NCBI GenBank assembly: GCA_965199825.1
Contig: OZ241329.1
Coordinates: forward strand, 2,080,001-2,144,000
Length of the DNA stretch: 64,000 nucleotides
Source: Bdellovibrionales bacterium
Lineage (GTDB): Bacteria > Bdellovibrionota > Bdellovibrionia > Bdellovibrionales > UBA1609
Reading direction: 5' to 3'
Shown here: positions 46,808 through 56,633 of the stretch, piece after piece
Position numbering within the stretch: position 1 is the stretch's first letter
How the letters are laid out: the number at the start of each line of letters is the position of its first letter
Made by a program: the position numbers and the translations under genes
The notes under the pieces: generated by a model
The model's input: only the letters and a program-made list of their open reading frames with translations
What the model was told of the DNA's origin: nothing
The model's database searches: none

Positions 46808-49800
46808 AGTGTTGGAAGCAAAAAGAACGCAATAAATAAATCTGCTACGAGTCCACCCACAATCACGATCGCCATCGGGCGCTGCGAATCGGATCCAATC
46901 GCATGCGACAATGCCGCAGGAATTAAACCAAAGGTCGCAACAAGTGCGGTCATCATGATCGGTCTTAGTCTTAAACAGGAGCCTTCAACCACCGCTTGCT
47001 CAATCGACATGCCTTGAATCCGCATTTGGTTAATGTAAGAAACCAGTAACACCCCTGTTTGGATCGAAACTCCAAACACAGCCAAAAATCCAATTCCGCT
47101 TGAGACACTAAAATTAGTGCCAGTGATAAAGAGCGCCATCACCCCACCAAAACGGGCAATAAGCACATTGACCATAATTAAACTCGCCCACTTGAAAGAA
47201 TTAAACACCAAATACAAAAGTAAAAAGATGGCCAAAACCGTAATGGGAATCACAATCGCAAGACGAGCCTCGGCTCTGCGTTGAGATTCGAATTCACCAC
47301 TCCATTCGAGGCGATAGCCTGGGGGAAGTAGAATTTTTTGTTTTACCATCTCTTGAGCTTCTTCAATGGTTGATCCTAAATCACGGCCGCGCACACTAAA
47401 CTTAATAGGTATAAGCCTGCCGTTGCCGGAGCGATAGATCATCGAGGCCCCATCATCGGTTTTAATTTCTGCAAGCTCTTCGAGCGGGATGCGGTAGCCA
47501 TCGGGTGTGGTCACCGCGATCCGCTTAATCTTTTCGATGGTGTCGCGGTATTGGGGCTGATAGCGGACCACCACATCAAACCGCTTTTCACCATCAATCA
47601 CTTGCGAGGCGACTTTACCACCGACTGCGGTTTCGATCACATCTTGCACATCTGAAACATTTAAGCCGTAGCGAGAGATTTTATCACGATCCACTTGAAT
47701 ATTGACGTTGGGTTGGCCAAGAACCGAGAACACGCCAAGATCTTGTACGCCGCGAACTTTGCTCAAAACATCTTTTATTTGTGCCGCTTTTGCGGTCAAA
47801 GTTTTTAAATCTTCGCCAAAAATTTTGACCACGAGTTGGCCTTTTACTCCTGACATCATCTCTTCCACATTGTCTGAAATCGGTTGCGAAAAATTCCAGA
47901 TCACACCAGGAATATTTAAAAGCTCTTGGCTCATATCGGCAATGAGGGCTTCCTTAGTGGGATATTGTTTGCGCCATTTGTTTCGTGGTTTTAAATCAAC
48001 ATAGCATTCGGTATTAAAAAATCCTGTGGCATCAATCCCGTCATCGGGCCGCCCCATCTGGCAAACCGTGATGGGCACTTCATCAAACTTCATCAAAATC
48101 GCCCGCGCTTTTTTGACCACATCATCTGCGGTAAAATAAGAAGCGCTCGGTGGAAGTGTTCCGCGCACCCAAATACTTCCTTCATCAAGATGCGGTAAAA
48201 ATTCTGAACCGATCAGACCACCAAAAGCCAAAACCAAAGTGATCAAAAATAAAACAGCCGAAACCCCGATCACCAGCGGCCTTCGCGGAAGTGTCCAAGT
48301 CAGAGAGCTGCGGTACATTTTTTCGAGTCGATGCATAATCGGGTTATGCCATTCTTTGAGCTCACCCTTCATAAAGTAGGAGCACAAGACCGGAACGATG
48401 GTAAAAACCAAAAGCAAAGAACTTAATAGTGCAAAGGCGACGGTCCATGCCATCGGCGCAAAAAGCCGGCCTTCGATTCGCTGCAAAGTAAAAATCGGCA
48501 TATAGGCAAGCACGATAATCAAGACCGCATAAAAAATCGGCCGACCCACTTCGTGAGTGGCGGTGGTGATTAACCCAATCAGATCTTCGTCTTTTGTTAA
48601 TCCCTTTAATTTATTTTCATGTTTGTGGCGAAAAATATTTTCGACCATAACCACTGCGCCATCAACGATCATTCCAAAATCAAGAGCACCTAATGATAAA
48701 AGATTGGCCGGAATTTTTTTGATATCAAGAAGGATCGAAGCAAATAAAAGTGAAAGCGGAATTGTTACCGCAACAATCATTGCACTTCTAAAATTACCAA
48801 GAAAAAAGAGCAGGATCACGATCACGAGGATCATTCCCATTGCCAAATTTTCTTCGACTGTTTCGGTGGTGACGTGAATCAAATTTGAGCGATCTAAGTA
48901 AGGTTTGACCCGCACATCTTTTGGCAGGTGGCGCTCATGAATGGTTTTTAATTTTTCGTGTATGCGTTCAAGGACCGCATCATCGGTTTCTCCGGTGCGC
49001 GAGAAAATCACACCTTCCATCACTTCATCGCGGTCATCAACAGTGCCGTCAGGTCGATGCTCAGCCATCGAAATTTTTCCGAGACGAACCTTTGAGCCAA
49101 TCGTCATTTCGCCTAAGTTTTTTACCCGCACAGGGGTTCCGCTTTTTTGGGCAACAATCACCTGACTTAAATCTTTGGCGGTTTGTGCGGTTCCAATTCC
49201 ACGCACGTTAAAGGCTTGCGAGCCTCTAAAAATAAAACCCCCACCGGAATTTTGATTGTTGGTGGCCAAGGCCTGAACCACCTGTCCGGTGGAGAGTCCA
49301 TAGTTTCCAAGGGCTGCGGGATTTAATAGAGCTTGGAATTGCTTTACCATTCCACCAAAACTTGCCACGTCGGCAACTCCCGGAATTTCGCGCCAGCGTT
49401 TTTCAAGTTCCCAAGTTTGAATTTCGTTGAGTTCCATGGGGCTGCGTTTGGAATCTAAAATGTACCAATAAATTTGTCCAACAGGGGAGGACATCGGCCC
49501 CAAGGTTGGGATGACTGTGGTGTTGGGCATTTGGGCTTGGGGTAATCGCTCGATCACATAAAGCCGCGCCTCGAACGGTTTTGTTTGTTCATCAAAAATC
49601 AGAGTGACCACCGACAAACCAGGAAGACTCACTGATCTGACCGACGTGCGATGGGGCACGCCGTTTAAAACAATTTCGAGTGGCACCGTGATTTGGCGCT
49701 CGATCTCTTCGGCCGCATGACCCTCCCACTGAGTGATCACCTGAACCCATGTGTCTGCAATATCAGGATAAGCTTCGATTGGTAAATTGTGAAAAGAAAG

Positions 49801-49884
49801 AATGCCTACAAGGGTGAGGCCCACTGCACCGGCGAGCACAAGGATACGATTATCCATCACCGCCGTAATAAATTTATTGATCAT
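46762..49884 (-). CDS. czcA: Heavy-metal efflux RND permease (CzcA/CusA family)
   Basis: LPIEAYPDI, ANLLSLGALDFGMIVDG, EFLPHLDEG, RLRPIMMTA. The DFG motif favours the CzcA type. Confidence 0.92.
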   Translation of the reverse strand: MINKFITAVMDNRILVLAGAVGLTLVGILSFHNLPIEAYPDIADTWVQVITQWEGHAAEEIERQITVPLEIVLNGVPHRTSVRSVSLPGLSVVTLIFDEQTKPFEARLYVIERLPQAQMPNTTVIPTLGPMSSPVGQIYWYILDSKRSPMELNEIQTWELEKRWREIPGVADVASFGGMVKQFQALLNPAALGNYGLSTGQVVQALATNNQNSGGGFIFRGSQAFNVRGIGTAQTAKDLSQVIVAQKSGTPVRVKNLGEMTIGSKVRLGKISMAEHRPDGTVDDRDEVMEGVIFSRTGETDDAVLERIHEKLKTIHERHLPKDVRVKPYLDRSNLIHVTTETVEENLAMGMILVIVILLFFLGNFRSAMIVAVTIPLSLLFASILLDIKKIPANLLSLGALDFGMIVDGAVVMVENIFRHKHENKLKGLTKDEDLIGLITTATHEVGRPIFYAVLIIVLAYMPIFTLQRIEGRLFAPMAWTVAFALLSSLLLVFTIVPVLCSYFMKGELKEWHNPIMHRLEKMYRSSLTWTLPRRPLVIGVSAVLFLITLVLAFGGLIGSEFLPHLDEGSIWVRGTLPPSASYFTADDVVKKARAILMKFDEVPITVCQMGRPDDGIDATGFFNTECYVDLKPRNKWRKQYPTKEALIADMSQELLNIPGVIWNFSQPISDNVEEMMSGVKGQLVVKIFGEDLKTLTAKAAQIKDVLSKVRGVQDLGVFSVLGQPNVNIQVDRDKISRYGLNVSDVQDVIETAVGGKVASQVIDGEKRFDVVVRYQPQYRDTIEKIKRIAVTTPDGYRIPLEELAEIKTDDGASMIYRSGNGRLIPIKFSVRGRDLGSTIEEAQEMVKQKILLPPGYRLEWSGEFESQRRAEARLAIVIPITVLAIFLLLYLVFNSFKWASLIMVNVLIARFGGVMALFITGTNFSVSSGIGFLAVFGVSIQTGVLLVSYINQMRIQGMSIEQAVVEGSCLRLRPIMMTALVATFGLIPAALSHAIGSDSQRPMAIVIVGGLVADLFIAFFLLPTLYIWFAKPSDKLSGM

Positions 49885-50982
49885 TTAACTTCCTGTTGAA
49901 CTTAAAACTCCATCTAAAAGGAGTGCTCCGTCTGAGACAATCTCATCACCATCTTTTATTCCATCCACAATGGCAGTCATGTTTTGTCTTTCCGGTCCTG
50001 GAGTGACCGAAACTTTTTTAAACACAACTCCACCTTCTTTGCCCTCGATGGTTTTTTCGGTTTGTCTGCGAAACACAAAAAAGTTATCCGCATCACGCAC
50101 CAAAGACATCGTTGGTACCAGCAAAGCCTTTCGGTCGCTAATGGTCACGCCACCTTGCACATACATATCGGCGCGCAAGTAACCCTCAGGATTATCCATC
50201 AAGGCTCTAAATTTTATGCTGCGAGAACTGGGGTCAACAATCGGACTAATAAACGAAACCGTTCCGTAAACGGGTTTACCCAAGCCTTCTACCGTAATCA
50301 TCACGTTTTGACCTTTTTTAACTTTTGGCAAATCCTCTGGATAAATGTCGCCGCTAAACCAAACCTTGCTTAAGTCCCCAATGGTAAAAAGGGTGTCGCC
50401 CACATTCACAAAGTTGCCCAAGGTCGCCCCTTTGGCCACTATGACGCCCGAGCGTGGAGCCCTAATATTTAAAAAGGCTTCCTTGGTGTTTTGCTCGCTT
50501 AAATCATTGATATCGAGATGACTCAGTCCGAGCACTTCTAATTTTTTTCGCGACATTTGGGCAAGGTTTGCAAAGTCAGAGGGATCAGAATTTTTAAACG
50601 AAGTTTTCGATTGGCGCAAAGCTTGAACATATTCTTCTTTTGCCGCCACAAAATCAGGGCTAAACAAAGTCAGTAAGAGTTGGCCCTCCTTAACAAATTC
50701 GCCAGAGGCAAACTTGATGCTCTCGATTCGGCCGGTCACTCGTGCGGGTACAACCGTTGTGCGATCTTCGGTGATACTGATTTTGCCAGACACATGAAGC
50801 TGTTCTGGAAAATCAAGAACCTGGGCTGTGGCGAATTTTAAATTGTTGAGCGCATTTTTTTGCACCAATAGGGTTGACTCATCCATCCGGCTCACAGGCT
50901 CCACAAAAGTGCGACGAACGGTGCATCCGAAGATTGAGACCAAACCACAACACCCAATCCATAAAATTTTCGACTTTAACAT
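49885..50982 (-). CDS. czcB: RND periplasmic adaptor (CzcB-like)
   Basis: VPARVTGRI, IRAPRSGVI, DLSKVW, ISPIVD. Start MLKSK chosen. Confidence 0.88.
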   Translation of the reverse strand: MLKSKILWIGCCGLVSIFGCTVRRTFVEPVSRMDESTLLVQKNALNNLKFATAQVLDFPEQLHVSGKISITEDRTTVVPARVTGRIESIKFASGEFVKEGQLLLTLFSPDFVAAKEEYVQALRQSKTSFKNSDPSDFANLAQMSRKKLEVLGLSHLDINDLSEQNTKEAFLNIRAPRSGVIVAKGATLGNFVNVGDTLFTIGDLSKVWFSGDIYPEDLPKVKKGQNVMITVEGLGKPVYGTVSFISPIVDPSSRSIKFRALMDNPEGYLRADMYVQGGVTISDRKALLVPTMSLVRDADNFFVFRRQTEKTIEGKEGGVVFKKVSVTPGPERQNMTAIVDGIKDGDEIVSDGALLLDGVLSSTGS

Positions 50983-50983
50983 T

Positions 50984-52231
50984 TTAAAGATCCTCCCCCA
51001 CAAGCTGTCCATAGGCCGCATAGGTATTGTAGTAACTCACAATCGATGACACATAATTTTGTTTGAGCGTTCTTCTCATGGTCGCAGTGTCAGAGAGTCC
51101 TTGAAAATCAATTTTCCCTGAGCTGTAGCTAATCAAAGCAATTCTTAAAGATTGCTCAGCCATCGGAAGCATATGGCGCTCATAATTATCGATCTTCTTC
51201 TCGAGTGCACTTAAGGTATTCAAGGTTGAGACCAAATTATTTTTGGATTGCACAAAGGTAGAATCAAGGTTGGCATCGGCCGCAGCCCGATCGGCTTTTG
51301 CACTTAAAATGGTTTGTCGCTCGCTAAATAAAAACCATAGTGGAATATTCATCTGCACACCCGCCATATAAGTGTGATCGATGGTAGGATCCACTTGCGA
51401 AGTGGGCGCAGCTCCGGGTGTTCGATAAAAAGTTGTGCCTGCGGTCAATTGAAAATCAGGAAGGAGCTGCATCCATGCCAATTTATAGGAAGAGTGGGCG
51501 GATTGAAGTTGTTTTCGCGCAGATAAAATTTCTGGTCTTTGGGCGAGCATTTTTTTGTAACTCAACTCTCGATCGGGCAGTGGCTTTCGAATCATCTGAA
51601 TCGGCTCGACCTCAAAATCTTTTTCACCCGAAAAGTGCAAAAGATTGCTCAGCTGAGTGCGTGCGGTATTTTCGGCGGCTTCAAGATCCATCAGATCATT
51701 TTCATTTTGAAGCGACTGCACCTGAGCATTCAGAAAGTCGACTTGAGAGGCCGCACCACTTTCATAGCGGCGCTTAGCGATTGATAAAATACGCTCATAA
51801 GAAAGTTTTTGATCTTGATTGAGCTCAATGTTTTTTCTGGCAAGAGAAAGCTGATAGTAGGCTTGTTTTAAATTAAACAAAACTTGAAGTCGAAGCGACT
51901 GGGCTTGATAGGCAAAGGCGTCTTTTTGCTGCGACAATGCCGAGTAATTCAAAAGAGCTCGACCCGGAAATCCAAGTGGTTGGGTGACCTGATAGACGGT
52001 GCTGGTGGCCGATCCCAGATTGTAGCGATGGGTTAAATCATTGGAAATAATTTGAACTTGCGGATCGGCTGGCGCAAGCGCCAACTTTGATTTGGCATTG
52101 AGCGACTCAAACTGATTTTGAATCTGCTTGAGTTCGGGGCTTGTTTGAAGCACCAATTCCTTTGCGCGCTCAATACTTAAAACTTGTGAAAATCCAACAA
52201 CACTTAAAAATAACAATCCCCACACACCCAT
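50984..52231 (-). CDS. czcC: TolC-family outer membrane efflux protein (CzcC-like)
   Basis: OEP repeats (KQAYYQL, RRYESGAASQVD, RPEI, IPLW, YSSGKID). Confidence 0.85.
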   Translation of the reverse strand: MGVWGLLFLSVVGFSQVLSIERAKELVLQTSPELKQIQNQFESLNAKSKLALAPADPQVQIISNDLTHRYNLGSATSTVYQVTQPLGFPGRALLNYSALSQQKDAFAYQAQSLRLQVLFNLKQAYYQLSLARKNIELNQDQKLSYERILSIAKRRYESGAASQVDFLNAQVQSLQNENDLMDLEAAENTARTQLSNLLHFSGEKDFEVEPIQMIRKPLPDRELSYKKMLAQRPEILSARKQLQSAHSSYKLAWMQLLPDFQLTAGTTFYRTPGAAPTSQVDPTIDHTYMAGVQMNIPLWFLFSERQTILSAKADRAAADANLDSTFVQSKNNLVSTLNTLSALEKKIDNYERHMLPMAEQSLRIALISYSSGKIDFQGLSDTATMRRTLKQNYVSSIVSYYNTYAAYGQLVGEDL

Positions 52232-52267
52232 GGCATTAAGTGTGAACTTAAAACCAGGGGGCTGTCA

Positions 52268-52603
52268 CTAGCTGTTGTGTTCGGGGTCTCGCAGTGGAGG
52301 TTTCACTTCTGAAATCGAACGCACATACCACGTCTCAGATCCCACGGTTTCAAAATCCTCGAGCAAACTTGTGCCTTCAAAACAATAGTAGTGACTCGAA
52401 GGACGTTTGGTTTCGAGTTGTTTTGCAACGTCTTCGGTCACCGGAATAATGCTGATGGGATTGTGCATTCGAGTGCTTGATCGCTCGACATAAAAAGAAT
52501 GTCGGTTGTGCTTGCTGTCGTAACTGGTGATCACGTTGGCGCACAACTCATCGGCAAAGCCCTTAAGTGGCAAAAAACAAATCAGAGCAAACACGATTTT
52601 CAT
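52268..52603 (-). CDS. Small secreted hypothetical protein
   Basis: Signal peptide (..KGFA), two Cys in the mature part, GGAGGA RBS. Confidence 0.7.
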   Translation of the reverse strand: MKIVFALICFLPLKGFADELCANVITSYDSKHNRHSFYVERSSTRMHNPISIIPVTEDVAKQLETKRPSSHYYCFEGTSLLEDFETVGSETWYVRSISEVKPPLRDPEHNS

Positions 52604-52630
52604 AGTTTTAATCCTCCGAGTCCTTTAACC

Positions 52631-52646
52631 TTCAACAGCTGTGCCA
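52631..52646 (-). promoter_or_regulatory. Sigma54-like promoter
   Basis: TGGCACAGCTGTTGAA: strong -24 box, -12 is TTGA rather than TTGC. Confidence 0.45.
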
Positions 52647-52650
52647 GACC

Positions 52651-54510
52651 TTATTCCTTCATCCCGCCATTTTTAAAAAGTTCACTGGCATGCTGATAGG
52701 CCGAGACCGCCTCGTGATAAAGAGGTTTGGATAAGAGTTCCATGGACCAGGGTATTTTTTGAGCCTGTATGGGGCGAAACTTATCATCAAGGGTCAAAGT
52801 CTGAATGATTTTTCGAGGCAGGAGGACGGCCATCTCGTGCCCCTTGAGATAGCCTGCGTCTTGGTATGTGGCAAGGTAGGCGCGCTCCAAAGAGGTTGAT
52901 AAAAGATCGTGGCCAAAAAATCGATCATCGGGATAATTCATTTTGAGTAAGCTTAACAGTGTGGGTGCAAAATCAATTTGTGATCCCAACAGATCGACCT
53001 TTTGGGGCGTAATATTTTTGGGACTATAAAAGATCATCGGGATCAAATAATCTTCGAGCGGGATCTCGGTGCGGCCCGCCACCGAGGCGTTATGGTCAGC
53101 GATAAAAATAAAAACAGTTTGATCAAACCAAGGCTCAGCTTTGGCATTTTTTAAGAATTCGGCAATCGAAAAATCAGAATATTTTATTGCACCATCGCGA
53201 CCAGAGCCTGAAGGGATATCGATTTTATTTGCGGGGTAAGTATAAGGGCGATGATTCGATGTTGTCATAATCATCTGAAAAAATGATTTATGTTCTTTAA
53301 ACGAGGTGTTGGCTTCGCGAACACTAAACCGAAATAAGTCCTCGTCACAAACGCCCCATGCATTTGAAAAGGTCACTTCCTCTTTTGGAAACCGCGATTG
53401 ATCAACCACCTCAAAGCCATTGCCCTCATAAAACTCTTTCATGTTATCAAACCAAGCGTAGCCACCATAAAGAAATTGGGTCTGATAGCCCTCTTTTCGA
53501 AACACGGTTCCGATATTAAACAAATGATCATTATTGGGTCGGCGCAAAATGCTCTGCCCAGGCGTTGGGGGAACCGAAAGTGTGATCGCCTCTAATCCCC
53601 TGACCGTGCGTGTGCCTGTGGCGTAGATCTTATCAAAAAATAATCCATCTTTTGTGAGCTGATCCAGAGTGGGGGTAACATGCCCAGGATGACCGTAAGC
53701 TCTTAAGTAGCGCGCACTCAAGCTTTCCATTACGACCACGATCACATTCAATTTTTTTTGTTCGGTAAAAACCGGATGGGAATTTTTATTCAACAAAAGG
53801 AGTTTATCTTGGGGCAATGTCGGATAAAACCGACTAAATTCAATTTCGTTATTAAAATAGGCCGCAAACAAAGTATGAAATCCATTTTTTTCGACTTCGT
53901 TTTGGAGCAAACTTTTATCTGAAAGCAACTGGCTCTCATTGATTCCGAAATAAGCAACCCCAAATAAAACCGCCCAAATGCCAAAGACCTTGGCCTTTTC
54001 ACGGTAAATCGAACCAGTAAATGGTTTTAATTTTAAATATCGATTTAAGAACAATGTGGTGATGATACTTAAAGCCAAGATTCCAAGTAAAATCGGAACA
54101 ACCGGATAAGACTCCCAAATATTTTCTAAAACGGTATTGGTATAAACCAAATAATCTACCGCAATAAAATTAAAGCGCGATTGAAACTCATCAAAAAAAG
54201 TGATCTCGGCCCCGGTTACAAGAAGTGCAAAAAACATCTGCAAGCAAAACAGTGGCAAAAACCAGTAACGAAATATCATACGGGTTTTGGGCAATAAAAG
54301 ATAAAACACTATAAAGGGAGTTAAAAAATAGGTGAGCCAGGCGGCATCGAAAACCAGGCCAAATAAAATGGATTTAATAATTGCGACCGCATCAAAGCTG
54401 TCGCCAATTCGCAAGCGTTCAACCAAAACAAATAAGCGAATGCCTTGGCTCAAAAATAAAAAAGGGAAACAAACAAGTTTTAAAGAATTAAAAAAATCCT
54501 TTGCACTCAT
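52651..54510 (-). CDS. LTA synthase/MdoB-family membrane sulfatase-like transferase
   Basis: N-terminal TM segments, RFNFIAVDYL, VVMESLS, GTRTVRG (Thr), TTSNHRPY, IADH. Confidence 0.9.
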   Translation of the reverse strand: MSAKDFFNSLKLVCFPFLFLSQGIRLFVLVERLRIGDSFDAVAIIKSILFGLVFDAAWLTYFLTPFIVFYLLLPKTRMIFRYWFLPLFCLQMFFALLVTGAEITFFDEFQSRFNFIAVDYLVYTNTVLENIWESYPVVPILLGILALSIITTLFLNRYLKLKPFTGSIYREKAKVFGIWAVLFGVAYFGINESQLLSDKSLLQNEVEKNGFHTLFAAYFNNEIEFSRFYPTLPQDKLLLLNKNSHPVFTEQKKLNVIVVVMESLSARYLRAYGHPGHVTPTLDQLTKDGLFFDKIYATGTRTVRGLEAITLSVPPTPGQSILRRPNNDHLFNIGTVFRKEGYQTQFLYGGYAWFDNMKEFYEGNGFEVVDQSRFPKEEVTFSNAWGVCDEDLFRFSVREANTSFKEHKSFFQMIMTTSNHRPYTYPANKIDIPSGSGRDGAIKYSDFSIAEFLKNAKAEPWFDQTVFIFIADHNASVAGRTEIPLEDYLIPMIFYSPKNITPQKVDLLGSQIDFAPTLLSLLKMNYPDDRFFGHDLLSTSLERAYLATYQDAGYLKGHEMAVLLPRKIIQTLTLDDKFRPIQAQKIPWSMELLSKPLYHEAVSAYQHASELFKNGGMKE

Positions 54511-55652
54511 GCCAATTCTTTTTTGGCGATGGTTTGAAGCTGCATATTTGAGGTGCCCTCGTAAATTTGGCCGATCTTGACATCACGAAAATACTTTTCA
54601 ACCGGATATTCTTTTGTAAATCCATTGCCACCAAAAAGATCAACCGCCATCGAGCAAATTTTTTCGGCCGAGCGGGAAGAATAAAGCTTTGCCATTGCGG
54701 CTTGGTGAACAAATTCTTGTCCTGAATCTTTTAATCGAGCCGCATTGTAAACCAAAAGACGCGAAGCTTCGAGCTGGGTGCGCATTTCGGCAAGTTGAAA
54801 TTGCACGCCTTGAAACTCAGCAATGGCCTTGCCGAACTGCTCACGAGATTTGATATAATTTAAAGCTGCGGTGTAGGCCCCTTGCGCGATTCCCAACATT
54901 TGAGCCCCGATCCCAATGCGTCCTTCGTTGAGAGTTTCGATAGCAATCTTATAGCCCTTGCCAATTTCACCGAGCACATTGGATTTATCCACTTCACAAT
55001 TTTCAAAAATCAATTCGCAAGTGGAGCTGGCACGAATTCCTAATTTATCTTCTTTTTTGCCCACCCGAAATCCTGGAGATGTTTTCTCAACAATAAAGGC
55101 GGTGATTCCTTTGTAGCCTTTGGTTTGATCGGTGGTTGCAAAAACCAAAAAGACTTCGGCTTCGTTTCCATTAGTGATCCAAAGTTTGTGGCCATTGAGT
55201 ACAAATTTATCTCCCTTATCTTCGGCCTTGAGTCGGAGAGCAAAGGCGTCTGATCCCGAGCCTGATTCCGAAAGAGCATAAGCTCCCACCCACTGTTGAC
55301 TCATCAAAGATAAATATTTTTGCTTTTGTGCCTCTGACCCCCAACGCAAAAAGGCATTGGTCACCAAAGTGTTTTGGACATCAACCAAAACCGAAACCGA
55401 TCCATCCACTTTGGCTAATTCTTCCACCGCAAGACAGGCGTTAAAAAAAGATGAGCCTGCTCCACCATATTTTTCGGGAGATTCTATTCCCATCAGTCCC
55501 ATTTCAAATAATTTTTTAATTAAGGCAGGATCCATTTTTGCGTGCTCATCCATCTGAGTGACGAGCGGCTTGATTTCGGCTTGGGCGAATTCGCCAATGG
55601 CTTGTTGAAATGCTAATTCATCTTCCGAGAGTGAAGTGAGGGCCGCATTCAT
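54507..55652 (-). CDS. Short/branched-chain acyl-CoA dehydrogenase
   Basis: YALSESGSGSDA, KLWITNG, KLGIRASST, EGRIGI, REQFG, GQIYEGTSN. Confidence 0.92.
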   Translation of the reverse strand: MNAALTSLSEDELAFQQAIGEFAQAEIKPLVTQMDEHAKMDPALIKKLFEMGLMGIESPEKYGGAGSSFFNACLAVEELAKVDGSVSVLVDVQNTLVTNAFLRWGSEAQKQKYLSLMSQQWVGAYALSESGSGSDAFALRLKAEDKGDKFVLNGHKLWITNGNEAEVFLVFATTDQTKGYKGITAFIVEKTSPGFRVGKKEDKLGIRASSTCELIFENCEVDKSNVLGEIGKGYKIAIETLNEGRIGIGAQMLGIAQGAYTAALNYIKSREQFGKAIAEFQGVQFQLAEMRTQLEASRLLVYNAARLKDSGQEFVHQAAMAKLYSSRSAEKICSMAVDLFGGNGFTKEYPVEKYFRDVKIGQIYEGTSNMQLQTIAKKELA

Positions 55653-55666
55653 TATGAATTCTCCTT

Positions 55667-55695
55667 TTGCAGTTTACATCAATGGGCGATAGTTT
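55667..55695 (+). promoter_or_regulatory. Sigma70-like promoter, leaderless
   Basis: TTGCAG-N17-TAGTTT-N6-ATG. Confidence 0.5.
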
Positions 55696-55701
55696 TGGAT
55701 T

Positions 55702-56091
55702 ATGCCAAAGATTATCCGAGTTCTTATTGCAAAGCCAGGGTTAGATGGTCATGATCGCGGCGCAAAAGTTGTGGCGCGCGGACTTAGAGATGCAGGCTTC
55801 GAAGTGATATATACTGGACTCCATCAAACTCCAGAGATGGTGGTCGCAGCCGCAATGCAAGAAGATGTGGATATAATTGGTTTATCTATTTTGTCTGGCG
55901 CACACACGCCGATTGTCACAGCAATCTTAGAACTGCTTCATAGGGAAGATTTAAAAAAACCAATATTTGTTGGTGGGATTATTCCAAAGGCCGACGCGGA
56001 CCTGCTTTTAAAGCAAGGTGTGGCCCGCGTGTTTGGTCCAGGTACTGCGATTTCGGAGATCGTAAATCAAATTCGCACTTTAACGAATTAG
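55702..56091 (+). CDS. Stand-alone cobalamin-binding subunit of an acyl-CoA mutase
   Basis: [13 protein letters not shown] (DxHxxG), [20 protein letters not shown]. Confidence 0.92.
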   Translation: MPKIIRVLIAKPGLDGHDRGAKVVARGLRDAGFEVIYTGLHQTPEMVVAAAMQEDVDIIGLSILSGAHTPIVTAILELLHREDLKKPIFVGGIIPKADADLLLKQGVARVFGPGTAISEIVNQIRTLTN

Positions 56092-56534
56092 AGTTCTTTG
56101 TTGAGTTGATCCACAAAGTTTTTGATTTCATCATCACTTAGGATCACAACACTTGGATTTGTGCCGCACGAGTCTCGCTCTTCAGCAGAGACCACATTAA
56201 ATTTGGTGCTCACCAAATCTAAACAGGCATGCTTCGACATACAAACCGCATCGGGTAGACTTTGCGAATCGGTGGCTTCAAGATTTGCGCGTGACAAACC
56301 AATCTGCTGATTTTGCAAATGTCCCTGAACGATACACTCGTAGAGTCCGCTGGGTTGTTGGGGAGTCACTACTCCGCCACTATCGTTAGATCCTAAATTT
56401 ACACTTGTCTGATCGGTCGCGACAAGTGAGCCATTACCAAGACTTGCCGCATATTGAGCTTTGCTGCAGTTTTGAAAAGCAAAAAGCACCATAGCGGTTG
56501 CGACAACATACATTCCAGAATTGAGACGTTTCAT
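56088..56534 (-). CDS. Lipoprotein with an FQNC lipobox-like motif
   Basis: [15 protein letters not shown]; four further Cys in the C-terminal domain. Confidence 0.75.
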   Translation of the reverse strand: MKRLNSGMYVVATAMVLFAFQNCSKAQYAASLGNGSLVATDQTSVNLGSNDSGGVVTPQQPSGLYECIVQGHLQNQQIGLSRANLEATDSQSLPDAVCMSKHACLDLVSTKFNVVSAEERDSCGTNPSVVILSDDEIKNFVDQLNKEL

Positions 56535-56633
56535 AATTTTCCCCCACACCATGGATGTTGCAAACTTTAGGCGAGTGCTCCTCTATTCCATACGGTTTAA
56601 ACCGTTATATTCTTAAATCTGTGAAAGAGTTGA

